Part shown: positions 42,759-51,723 of the stretch, piece after piece
Layout: every line of letters begins with the position of its first letter
Position numbering within the stretch: position 1 is the stretch's first letter
The notes under the pieces: generated by a model
Databases searched by the model: none
What the model saw: the letters and a program-made list of their open reading frames with translations, nothing else
What the model was told of the DNA's origin: nothing
Made by a program: the position numbers and the translations under genes
Assembly: GCA_965215475.1 (NCBI GenBank)
Contig: OZ244061.1
Span: forward strand, 832,015-896,014
DNA length: 64,000 nt
Source: Rhodothermales bacterium
Lineage (GTDB): Bacteria > Bacteroidota > Rhodothermia > Rhodothermales > Bin80
Direction of reading: 5' to 3'

Positions 42759-44903
42759 ATGAATCAACTCAAACTGAAAAACCAATTTGATCAAATACCG
42801 ATCCAAGTACATCCTCGCGTCTTTGATGCCTTGGGATCCGATCTAGTTACCAATGACATTGTTGCTGTGATTGAGTTAGTAAAAAATGCCTATGATGCAT
42901 TTGCATGTAATGTTTGGCTGTCTTTCGAACATGATCCTATACAAGGTGACTACTTGGAAATCAAGGATGACGGTCATGGCATGTTAAGGAAAACCATCGA
43001 AAATACATGGTGTACTATAGCTACACCGAATAAACAAAGACATCCTTATGTTGAGAGTGGTGACGGTCACAAGAGGCGTGTAAGTGGTGAAAAAGGCCTC
43101 GGACGGCTCTCGGCTGCACGACTGGGGACACGATTGGATATGCTGACCAAATATCAAGGTAATCCGTGTTGGGAAGTAAAGATTGATTGGCGTATCATAG
43201 CTAGTGGAGACGATATTTCACAGAGTTTTGTGCAACTTCGAGAATTGTCGAATACGCCGCCATTTGAGACAGGCACGCGACTACGCATATTTGAACTGAA
43301 GAGGAAATGGGATAGAAGGCGAAAGGACGATCTCAGAGAGAATCTAGGACGTCTAGTTTCTCCTTATGATTTCAATGATGAATTCAATATCTATTTCTCT
43401 GATTCTCCAGATAAAAAATCCGAATCAATTGTTATTCAGTCACCAAAGTTTTTATCTTATCCAAAATACCGTTTCTATGGAAATGTAGACAAACAAGGAA
43501 ATGTGTGTGGAACATATCAGTTTAGGCCTATCGGACAGAAAATTCAGAAATGTGAAAGTGAAAACATCCAATGGACACATATTCATAGAGGTCTATCCGA
43601 TCCCATCCAAGTTCAACATCAACCTGACCCAGCATCATGTGGCCCCTTCTCATTCGAAATCCGAGCTTGGGATATAGGACCCGACGATCAGGAAGAAATT
43701 GCTACTGGATTCGAGATCAACAAAAAAAATATTCGCCGAGTAATCAGTCACCATAAGGGAATTTCCGTGTATCGCGATAATGTTTTAATGTTACCTAAAA
43801 CTGATAGTGATCGTGATTGGTTAGGGCTTGATCTTCGACGGATAAGCAAAATCGGTCCAAGACTGAGTACAAGCCAGATCGTCGGCTATGTTCAAATATC
43901 AGCGGCTGAAAATCCGAATATTCGAGACACCAGTGACCGTGAACAACTCGCAGATTCTAAAGAAGTAGATGAATTCAAAGCAATCCTAAAAGCCATAATC
44001 CAAAAACTTGAGAGGAAGCGTTCTGAGGATCGTCATACAGATGCACTGGAAAAACCAATTAGCAGCCTATTTGAAGAAATCTCTGCCGATAACCTCCTTG
44101 AAAATATCAGATCTCTGTCAGTAAAGAGTCCAAAAATAGCTGAGATACTGCCTGTTATTACAAAATTCAAGAGTTCACTTGATGAAAGAGTTCATACCAT
44201 CCAACAGCGATTTATCTATTATAGCCGCTTAGCTACCATCGGCTCAATCGCGGAAATGCTCATACATGAAGTTCGTGGCAGAACTACAGTTTTTGGGAGA
44301 TTTATAAAATTTGTCCATAAGAAACTTCTTCCGAGTGCTGATGTCGCGACAGAGATCAAGTACGCCTCCGATGCAACCGATGCTTTGGATCGTTTGGCCG
44401 ATACATTTGCTCCACTAGCTAGTCGACGTTTTCGTCGGCGTCTCAGAAAAACTATTTTGGAGGATCGTATCAATGTCTGTGTTACACTCATGCAAGATGA
44501 AATCACGGCCAAGCAAGTCGACTGTAATATATTGACGTCAACTACACCTGTTGCCGTTGATCCTGGTGAGCTTGATGCTATTCTTCTAAACCTGATCTCG
44601 AACTCTCTCTATTGGCTGTCTGATGTGCCAAAGAATCAGCGGAAAATAGAATTCGTGATTGACCACTCTACTCCCAACCAGCAACGTGTTACCATTAGTT
44701 TATACGATACGGGGCCAGGAGTTGCAAAAGAATACTTGGACAAAGTATTCTGGCCTGGAGTCACTCTAAAACCATCTGGAATTGGTATGGGATTGACTGT
44801 GGCATCTGAACTTGTTGCGTCGTATGATGGACGTATGTACACGAAAGAACTAGGGAAAAAAAACGGTGCAGTTTTTGGTTTTGACTTACCTTTACGCTTG
44901 TAA
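42759..44903 (+). CDS. Dual-GHKL protein: N-terminal MORC/Hsp90-like (HATPase_c_3-type) ATPase module fused to a C-terminal histidine-kinase core (DHp-like H-box + HATPase_c)
   Basis: 714 aa. GHKL no. 1: N-box IELVKNAYDA (res 38-46), DDGHGM (70-75), GEKGLGRLS (110-118). Middle region: GISVYRDNVLMLP...DWLGLDL. HK core: IAEMLIHEVRGRT (His503), N-box LLNLISNSLYW (609-619), G1 LYDTGPGV (648-655), G2 SGIGMGL (673-679). Confidence 0.8.
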   Translation: MNQLKLKNQFDQIPIQVHPRVFDALGSDLVTNDIVAVIELVKNAYDAFACNVWLSFEHDPIQGDYLEIKDDGHGMLRKTIENTWCTIATPNKQRHPYVESGDGHKRRVSGEKGLGRLSAARLGTRLDMLTKYQGNPCWEVKIDWRIIASGDDISQSFVQLRELSNTPPFETGTRLRIFELKRKWDRRRKDDLRENLGRLVSPYDFNDEFNIYFSDSPDKKSESIVIQSPKFLSYPKYRFYGNVDKQGNVCGTYQFRPIGQKIQKCESENIQWTHIHRGLSDPIQVQHQPDPASCGPFSFEIRAWDIGPDDQEEIATGFEINKKNIRRVISHHKGISVYRDNVLMLPKTDSDRDWLGLDLRRISKIGPRLSTSQIVGYVQISAAENPNIRDTSDREQLADSKEVDEFKAILKAIIQKLERKRSEDRHTDALEKPISSLFEEISADNLLENIRSLSVKSPKIAEILPVITKFKSSLDERVHTIQQRFIYYSRLATIGSIAEMLIHEVRGRTTVFGRFIKFVHKKLLPSADVATEIKYASDATDALDRLADTFAPLASRRFRRRLRKTILEDRINVCVTLMQDEITAKQVDCNILTSTTPVAVDPGELDAILLNLISNSLYWLSDVPKNQRKIEFVIDHSTPNQQRVTISLYDTGPGVAKEYLDKVFWPGVTLKPSGIGMGLTVASELVASYDGRMYTKELGKKNGAVFGFDLPLRL

Positions 44904-44906
44904 CCG

Positions 44907-46064
44907 ATGATTTCGACAAACATTGGAATGCTGAAATTGCTTTTTGTTGATGATCGAGAAGAAGATCTAAGACCGATACGAAAATTGATAGAAGGTAAAG
45001 AGAACATGAGTTTCCATCATGTGGATAGTGTGGTCGAAGCGAAAAATGAAATTAAGTCTACGAGACCGGATATAGTAATAATTGACCTTAAATTATCCTC
45101 TCAAGCATCCGATTCAAATTTGGAAGGCAAAAAAGTTGAGGATTTAATCTGGGATAATCATTTCTGTCCAGTAATAATCTACTCCGGGTTTGCAGAAGAT
45201 TATGAATCCAGTGATACAAATCAGCGCAGGAACCACCCCCTCGTTAAAATAGTCCCTAAGGGGAGAGACAGTGAGGATGAAGTATTAAATGCTATTGAAT
45301 CCTTTAGCCAATATTCGCTGGCTATTCAAGAAGTTGCGACAGATGTTTGGTCTGCACGTCAAGAAGCACTCCGAGATGCAGTTCCCCATATTCTTGGGGA
45401 AAGTTTGCATGAAGAGAGTGTTGAAAATGTTAAGATAACGGTTAAGCGCCGAATAGCCAGTATGATGGATAAACCTATCTCAGGTGATACTCCATTGGCT
45501 GCCCAAACCCAATATCTGATTCCTCCAATAGGTAATAACGTAATCTTGGGAGATATCCTTAAAAAGAGGGAGGCGGATTCCGCGGACCCCATATCTTTCC
45601 AAGTCGTTCTTTCACCTTCCTGTGATATGGTTGATTCTGGGAAACGTAAAGCTAAGATTTCTAATGTGCTGGTTGCCAAATGCGACTCACTCAAAACATT
45701 GCTTGAAAGTGCGGGTATGGGAGGTAAAATGAACCCTAAACTGGAAAAACAGATAAAATCACACGTACTCACACCAGGTTTTTTTAAGACCGTAGTTCCT
45801 TTTCCATGTTTTTCTGGACATATCCCGAGTATGGGAGCTAATATGAGGGATTTGGATCTAATTCCCTTAGAGGAGATCGGAACACTCGATTCTGATAAAA
45901 AATATTTGAGAGTCGCTTCTATTGACAGTCCATTTCGAGAATTGATTTCTTGGTCATACCTCCAAGTTGCAGCTCGACCGGGCCTTCCTGATCGAAACTT
46001 TGAATCTTGGATACAGGAAATATCTGATGCATGGAACAATGACCACGATCGTAATACCAAATGA
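44907..46064 (+). CDS. Response-regulator receiver (REC) domain protein with uncharacterised ~250-aa C-terminal domain
   Basis: 385 aa. REC signature residues: LLFVDD (D15/D16), DIVIIDLKL (D60), VIIYSG (S93), LVKIVPKG (K114/K118). No DNA-binding or known enzymatic motif seen after residue ~130. Notable conserved-looking strings: VVLSPSCDM and RVASIDSPFRE. Starts 3 nt after the upstream stop. Confidence 0.75.
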   Translation: MISTNIGMLKLLFVDDREEDLRPIRKLIEGKENMSFHHVDSVVEAKNEIKSTRPDIVIIDLKLSSQASDSNLEGKKVEDLIWDNHFCPVIIYSGFAEDYESSDTNQRRNHPLVKIVPKGRDSEDEVLNAIESFSQYSLAIQEVATDVWSARQEALRDAVPHILGESLHEESVENVKITVKRRIASMMDKPISGDTPLAAQTQYLIPPIGNNVILGDILKKREADSADPISFQVVLSPSCDMVDSGKRKAKISNVLVAKCDSLKTLLESAGMGGKMNPKLEKQIKSHVLTPGFFKTVVPFPCFSGHIPSMGANMRDLDLIPLEEIGTLDSDKKYLRVASIDSPFRELISWSYLQVAARPGLPDRNFESWIQEISDAWNNDHDRNTK

Positions 46065-47113
46065 AAGCTCTGGATTTTTTTTGCGGAGCCGGTGGATTGA
46101 CTCGAGGCCTAATTGATGCTGGCATTGATGTCATTGCCGGATATGACTTAGACGAGAAATGTCGAGCTACCTATGAATACAATAATCCAAACACAAAATT
46201 TGTACATGCAGATATTAGATCCCTGACTTCTGCTGATATATTACTCCGATTCCAATCTCATGATACGGAGGAAGATATTCTGTTCGCCGCATGTGCGCCG
46301 TGTCAGCCGTTCAGTTCACAGCGTAAACCATATACTACGTCTCGGGGTGCTCAATTGCTGAAAGAATTTAGCCGACTAGTAGAATCAATGCAACCCACAT
46401 TCGTGTTGATTGAAAATGTGCCAGGAATGGCTAGAGTTCAAGGATTTAGTACTTACAGGCGATTCCTAAAGACGTTGAAATCAAATGATTACAGATATGA
46501 CTGGAAAGTTCTTGACGCAAAACACTTTGGCGTCCCGCAAAATAGACGACGCTTGGTACTTATAGCAAACAAAAAAGGGCCTATAACATTGCCCCAACCA
46601 ACATTTGGTGAAAATTTACGTCCATTTTCCACTGTTCGTGAAACTATTGATCATTTTCCTCAAATCGGTGCTGGTGAAACACACACACATGTACCTAATC
46701 ATGTAGCGGCCTCCGTTTCACCCTTAAATCTTAATCGACTTCGCAAAACCCCACATGATGGTGGAGATCGCAGAGCATGGCCACAGAGTATTTGGTTGAA
46801 TTGTCATAAAGGGCCTTACTCTGGACATACGGATGCTTACGGGCGTTTATCTTGGGACAAACCTGCACCTACCTTGACGGGAAGATGTAACAGTCTTTCC
46901 AATGGAAGATACGGACATCCCGACCAAGATCGAGCAATATCATTACGGGAAGCCGCTTCCTTGCAGTCCTTTCCAAAAAACTACATCTTCTTTGGATCCA
47001 ACAAACACATTGCTATGCAGATCGGTAATGCAGTTCCTGTGAAACTTGCAAAACGACTCGGCGAACACATACTCAATACTTCAAGAGATCTTGAGCCCAA
47101 TCACCGAACATGA
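46061..47113 (+). CDS. DNA (cytosine-5) methyltransferase (second, unrelated copy)
   Basis: 350 aa. Motifs I LDFFCGAGGLTRG, IV ACAPCQPFS, VI LIENVPGM, VIII PQNRRRLVLIA, IX LREAASLQSFP and X QIGNAVPV. The ATG overlaps the upstream stop (ATGA at 46061-46064). Confidence 0.9.
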   Translation: MKALDFFCGAGGLTRGLIDAGIDVIAGYDLDEKCRATYEYNNPNTKFVHADIRSLTSADILLRFQSHDTEEDILFAACAPCQPFSSQRKPYTTSRGAQLLKEFSRLVESMQPTFVLIENVPGMARVQGFSTYRRFLKTLKSNDYRYDWKVLDAKHFGVPQNRRRLVLIANKKGPITLPQPTFGENLRPFSTVRETIDHFPQIGAGETHTHVPNHVAASVSPLNLNRLRKTPHDGGDRRAWPQSIWLNCHKGPYSGHTDAYGRLSWDKPAPTLTGRCNSLSNGRYGHPDQDRAISLREAASLQSFPKNYIFFGSNKHIAMQIGNAVPVKLAKRLGEHILNTSRDLEPNHRT

Positions 47114-47120
47114 TCTATCC

Positions 47121-47735
47121 CTACCCCGTTGCCGAAGCGAAATTTGTTGCAACCTGATCCCAGTTGACCACATTCCAGAATGCAGCTACATAGTCAGGTC
47201 GACGATTCTGATAATTGAGATAATAGGCATGCTCCCATACATCCAGACCAAGAACAGGAGTGTGTCCCTCCATATAAGGGCTGTCTTGATTTGCAGTGGA
47301 ATACACATGAATTGCACCTGCAGAATCAACAACTAACCAAGCCCATCCACTACCGAACCGTGTTGCAGCAGCTGCAGAGAATTTTGCCTTGAAATCCTCA
47401 AATGATCCAAATGCGCGGTCAATGGCAGCCGCCAAAGTACCTGACGGAGCACCACCACCGGCTGAGCTAAGAATCGTCCAGAAGAGAGTATGGTTCGCAA
47501 AACCGCCTCCATTATTGCGTACCGCTCCCTGAATCTCCTCAGGCAAATCTGAAATTCCACGTAAGAGCTCTTCTATCGTCTTTGACTGGAGACTCGCATG
47601 CCCCGCTAATGCCTTGTTCAAGTTCATCGTATAAGCTTGATGATGCTTTCCATGGTGAATCTCCATGGTTCTCTGGTCAATATAGGGTTCCAGCGCACTA
47701 TGTGTATAGGGAAGATCGGGGAGTTCAAAAGCCAT
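47121..47735 (-). CDS. sodA: Superoxide dismutase, Mn-type by sequence signatures
   Basis: 204 aa. Contains [48 protein letters not shown] and DVWEHAYY. Confidence 0.9.
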   Translation of the reverse strand: MAFELPDLPYTHSALEPYIDQRTMEIHHGKHHQAYTMNLNKALAGHASLQSKTIEELLRGISDLPEEIQGAVRNNGGGFANHTLFWTILSSAGGGAPSGTLAAAIDRAFGSFEDFKAKFSAAAATRFGSGWAWLVVDSAGAIHVYSTANQDSPYMEGHTPVLGLDVWEHAYYLNYQNRRPDYVAAFWNVVNWDQVATNFASATG

Positions 47736-47819
47736 TATTATAGTTTTGGTAAGTTGAAGAGAAACGTACCTCGAACATCACAAATTGTTCGAGAATACGA
47801 ATGAATAAATGGAAATTGT

Positions 47820-48353
47820 TCAGGAACGGACATTGATCAATTTTTCATAATCCGCTTCTGTCAAACTTCCATCGGAACGTAAACGATCAAGTGCACGTGA
47901 AACTGCAGCCCAATCCGTCTCCTTCAAATTGGAGGAATCAGGGAGTAACATCACGTTTCGAAGGAATTCTTCAATATACTCAGCACTCCGGGGATGCTTC
48001 GAAAGATCCAGTTTTACGGAAAAGGTTGCCCTCCCCCGATTCACTTCCATGATGATATGAGTTCCTCGAAGCTTTGATCGACTAGACTCAACAAAAACAA
48101 TATCCCTGTAATGTATCGTCTGGGGAGATTCCAAGTCTGAGTTTTGAAAAATCAGTTGATCTTCCAGAAATACGACCCCATCCTTGCCATTGCCCAAAAA
48201 CGTCCCATCATACAGAGCAAGAATATCCTCTGGGTGCGTATCCTTTGCATAATCACGGGTTGCCCCTCGAAGCCTTTTTGAAGGGATTTCCGGGGCAACA
48301 TATAACCCGATCTTCGGTGCATGTGGTAAAAGATTCTTGACCAGCGATCTCAT
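47820..48353 (-). CDS. Hypothetical protein (177 aa)
   Basis: Clean ORF in the intergenic slot between sodA and nuoN. No motif recognised. Confidence 0.4.
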   Translation of the reverse strand: MRSLVKNLLPHAPKIGLYVAPEIPSKRLRGATRDYAKDTHPEDILALYDGTFLGNGKDGVVFLEDQLIFQNSDLESPQTIHYRDIVFVESSRSKLRGTHIIMEVNRGRATFSVKLDLSKHPRSAEYIEEFLRNVMLLPDSSNLKETDWAAVSRALDRLRSDGSLTEADYEKLINVRS

Positions 48354-48362
48354 ATTCAGTCG

Positions 48363-49862
48363 CTACGGTAGAGTTACAAGTATATCCTGCACGAAAAAGG
48401 ACAGCGTCAGATCCCGAATCCCTGGCACAAAACCAATTCCCAATAATAAGACCGCACATGCCACAAGCACAATGGAAGAAGATTGAGGAATCGGAAACGA
48501 GCCCGATTGGACAACTGGTTCTGCTTCGGTAGCAGGTTTCATCCAGAATACATACAGTACTCGAAGATAATAATAGCCCGAAAAAACACTGGCTAATACA
48601 CCAACGATTGCCAGCCATGTCAGACCCGCATTGATCGCTGGCGCAAAGACTGCTAGTTTTCCGAAGAACCCTCCCAGGGGAGGAAACCCCGTTAGACTAA
48701 ACATGAATACCCCCATTGTAATCCCGACCAGGGGTCTCTTGAAACCAATCCCTGCTAACGAGTCAAGAGTTTGCACACGCCCCTCTTTCTCATCCCATTC
48801 CAATAAAGCAATTGCACCAAAGGCCCCGATATTCATGAGGGCATAAATCAACAGGTAATAAACTGCTCCCGCATAGGCTTCTCCAGTTCCCGCGGCAAGT
48901 GCAATCAGTACATACCCTGCATGTGCAATGGAAGAGTACGCAAGCATCCTCTTCACATTGTCTTGATTCAGTGCAAGAAGATTTCCAAATACGACCGTGA
49001 CGAGTGCAACGAGTGCCAGTGCTAATTGCCAATCTGCCCCCCCAAGTTCTAGGGTTCCAATGCCATGATAAAGCACAAGTACCAGAGCTGCAAAGGCAGA
49101 AGCTTTGGACGCAGTCGTCATGAATCCGGTCAGGGGTGTCGGAGCCCCCTGATAGACATCCGGGATCCACATATGGAAAGGAACGGCCCCCACCTTAAAC
49201 ATAAATCCAACCAGAAATAATGCGACCCCGACCCAGAATAATGGACGTAGTTCACTCATAGAATACCCTATCGCCATCTCCATAAAATACATCGTTCCAG
49301 TGGAGCCATAGATGAGCGCAATTCCATAAAGAAAAAATCCCGTTGAAAATGCTCCAAGCAAGAAATACTTGAGTGCGCTTTCTAGAGCACCTTCATCACT
49401 GCGAACAATACCAGTCAGGATATAGAGGGCAATTGACATGGTTTCTAGGCCAACAAAAACCGTCACCATATTGTTGGCAGTCCCCAAAAGTAGCATCCCA
49501 CTGGTCGCAAACAGCATCAGTGCATAGATCTCCCCGTAACTCCTACGAATTCCCTTCAGGTATGGAACGGAGAGAATGATTGAGAACAGAGCACTCACTA
49601 AAATAATTATGCTGATAAATGAAGCCGATCCTCCGGTCTGGATAAGTGAGAAAAAAACGGTCGAAGATGGATCAGACACCTTGAATAACTCCAAAATGGT
49701 CGCAGCCGTCACCGACAATCCCGCAACCCAGGGTAACTCAGGAGCATCATTGCGGAAAATATCCCATACAATGACAATCACACCAACCAGTGAAAGCCAG
49801 AGGATTGACGCGCCTCCGGCTAAGTCCACCAAAATGGTATCAAACGCGGATGAAATCTCCAT
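48363..49862 (-). CDS. nuoN: NADH-quinone oxidoreductase subunit N
   Basis: 499 aa, polytopic, Mrp-antiporter-like. Last gene of the J-K-L-M-N series. Confidence 0.85.
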   Translation of the reverse strand: MEISSAFDTILVDLAGGASILWLSLVGVIVIVWDIFRNDAPELPWVAGLSVTAATILELFKVSDPSSTVFFSLIQTGGSASFISIIILVSALFSIILSVPYLKGIRRSYGEIYALMLFATSGMLLLGTANNMVTVFVGLETMSIALYILTGIVRSDEGALESALKYFLLGAFSTGFFLYGIALIYGSTGTMYFMEMAIGYSMSELRPLFWVGVALFLVGFMFKVGAVPFHMWIPDVYQGAPTPLTGFMTTASKASAFAALVLVLYHGIGTLELGGADWQLALALVALVTVVFGNLLALNQDNVKRMLAYSSIAHAGYVLIALAAGTGEAYAGAVYYLLIYALMNIGAFGAIALLEWDEKEGRVQTLDSLAGIGFKRPLVGITMGVFMFSLTGFPPLGGFFGKLAVFAPAINAGLTWLAIVGVLASVFSGYYYLRVLYVFWMKPATEAEPVVQSGSFPIPQSSSIVLVACAVLLLGIGFVPGIRDLTLSFFVQDILVTLP

Positions 49863-49867
49863 CGAGG

Positions 49868-50161
49868 TTACGTACCAAAGACCCGATCAATGGTCCGCGC
49901 TAGAACTACATCCAACTGGGTAACCCGATTCCCCGCAGTATGCGTTGTAAGATCAACCGTGACCTGATTATACACGTTATATAAAATAGGGTGATGATCT
50001 AGAGCCTGAGCATGGAAGCCGATATGCACGATAAATGCTACCGCTTCCTGGAAATCTGCAAACTTAAATGTCCTAGATAGCCTGTGATCCTGATACTCCC
50101 ATTTATCCAATGACATGAGAGCGTCATTCAATGTTTTTTGATCCAGTGGTTCACGATTCAT
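49868..50161 (-). CDS. phhB: Pterin-4-alpha-carbinolamine dehydratase
   Basis: LSRTFKFADFQEAVAFIVHIGFHAQALDHHPILYNVYNQVTVDLTTH is the PCD/DCoH signature. Start chosen at ATG 50161 to avoid overlap with the upstream gene; the ORF is open to 50215. Confidence 0.8.
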   Translation of the reverse strand: MNREPLDQKTLNDALMSLDKWEYQDHRLSRTFKFADFQEAVAFIVHIGFHAQALDHHPILYNVYNQVTVDLTTHTAGNRVTQLDVVLARTIDRVFGT

Positions 50162-50174
50162 GAGTTTAAATTGA

Positions 50175-51707
50175 TTAGAAGATCCATCCGCTGTAGAATA
50201 CCAACCATACGACAAAATACACGGGCAACAAGATCGTTAATCCATACTTGACTAGATAGCCCACAAATGAAGGAACATCTGCTCCATTGGATTCGGCAAT
50301 TGCTTTTACCATGAAGTTGGGGGCATTCCCGATATAGGTCATTGCACCAAAGAACACCGCTGCAATTGAAATCGCTGACAAATATAGTGCATCTACGCTT
50401 GCAAATTCTTTCACATCCAACGCGTTATTCACATCCAGGCCAAACTTCCCCATGGCGGCAGCCAAGAAGTTGAGGTAGGTGGGAGCATTATCCAAGACCC
50501 CCGATAAGATCCCTGTTCCCCAGTAAAAGGTCGTTGCATTGAGTCCCGCCGCATTCTCGGATGCATAATTGGAAATTAATGCCAACGCGGGCACCATGCA
50601 TGCAAAAATACCCAGGAAAAGCCAACCCACTTCACGGATCGGTTCAAATGTGAATTCATTCTTCTTCAATGCATCCTTATCACAATACTTGAATGCTAGG
50701 ACACACATAGAGAACATGATAATCTCACGAATTCCAAACGGAAGGTGATATGTGCCGACCAAATCAAAGGGAGTCCCCTTCAACTGCGAAATCACATTTG
50801 GATCAATAAACACCGAGATCACAATGATCAGAACAAAGAGGAAGCTCCGATTTCCCTGTAGCTCAATCGTTTTTCCGGAAGAAATATCTGTGGTAGACTC
50901 TGCCTTGTTGCGGCGATCGATCACATAAAAGATGGCAAGCAAAACAATAATGGTCGGCATCCAGATATACCATAAATGAGCAGCGGTCCAAAAGAATGGG
51001 ACCCCACGAAGGAATCCAAGAAATAGCGGTGGATCCCCGATCGGAGTCATAGCACCTCCCACATTTGCGACAATGAAAATGAAGAATACGATATGATATG
51101 CTTTCAAACGCCCTTTATTTAATCGCATATACGGGCGAATAAATAGCATTGCTGCCCCCGTCGTAGCGATTAGGTTTGCAATCACCGCACCCACAGAGAG
51201 AAGAGAAACATTCGCAAGAGGGGTTCCTCTTGCATTCACTTTCAGGAAAATCCCACTAGCTGCAATAAATAGCGAAGCTACTAACGCAATGAAAGAGAGA
51301 TATTCCTGAAGTGCATGCAGCATTGAGATGCTGTCCTGCAGAACGAACAAGTAATACACCGTCACGAATAACCCAAAACCTATGGCATACTTGGGATAAT
51401 GGTGATGCCAGTGATGGTTGTAAAAGAGAGGGCCGGTAGCGATCATCAAAAGAAGAAGTGCAAAGGGCGCAACTAGCCATACAGGAGGAAGGGGCTTTTC
51501 GTATCCACCGCCGTGACCATCTTCGTACCCACTTTCCTCTGCATCTGCATCCTGCCCTACGTAATCCGTACTCTCGATTACCTCAATACTATCATCAACC
51601 TGTTGGACCGTATCGGAAGTCGTATCGTTCTCTTGAGCTACAGCAGTAGAACTACTAGCAACAAGCAACAACATGAACCATAGGTATAGTATGCGTGAAA
51701 TCGTCAT
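50175..51707 (-). CDS. Ion-transporter-superfamily permease (ArsB/NhaD/CitMHS-like, putative Na+/H+ antiporter type) with signal peptide and acidic N-terminal region
   Basis: 510 aa with more than 10 TM helices. Motifs IVANVGGAMTPIGDPPLFLGF and GNAPNFMV are typical of this superfamily (from memory). The N-terminus has ~60 very acidic residues. Confidence 0.6.
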   Translation of the reverse strand: MTISRILYLWFMLLLVASSSTAVAQENDTTSDTVQQVDDSIEVIESTDYVGQDADAEESGYEDGHGGGYEKPLPPVWLVAPFALLLLMIATGPLFYNHHWHHHYPKYAIGFGLFVTVYYLFVLQDSISMLHALQEYLSFIALVASLFIAASGIFLKVNARGTPLANVSLLSVGAVIANLIATTGAAMLFIRPYMRLNKGRLKAYHIVFFIFIVANVGGAMTPIGDPPLFLGFLRGVPFFWTAAHLWYIWMPTIIVLLAIFYVIDRRNKAESTTDISSGKTIELQGNRSFLFVLIIVISVFIDPNVISQLKGTPFDLVGTYHLPFGIREIIMFSMCVLAFKYCDKDALKKNEFTFEPIREVGWLFLGIFACMVPALALISNYASENAAGLNATTFYWGTGILSGVLDNAPTYLNFLAAAMGKFGLDVNNALDVKEFASVDALYLSAISIAAVFFGAMTYIGNAPNFMVKAIAESNGADVPSFVGYLVKYGLTILLPVYFVVWLVFYSGWIF

Positions 51708-51723
51708 TGTGAATTTGAATTAG

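Noticed and set aside
45359-46060. 233-aa minus-strand ORF opposite the receiver-domain gene
   Set aside because: It has no motifs. The plus-strand frame carries a complete REC signature and is coupled to its neighbours by a 3-nt gap and an ATGA overlap, so this is a shadow ORF.
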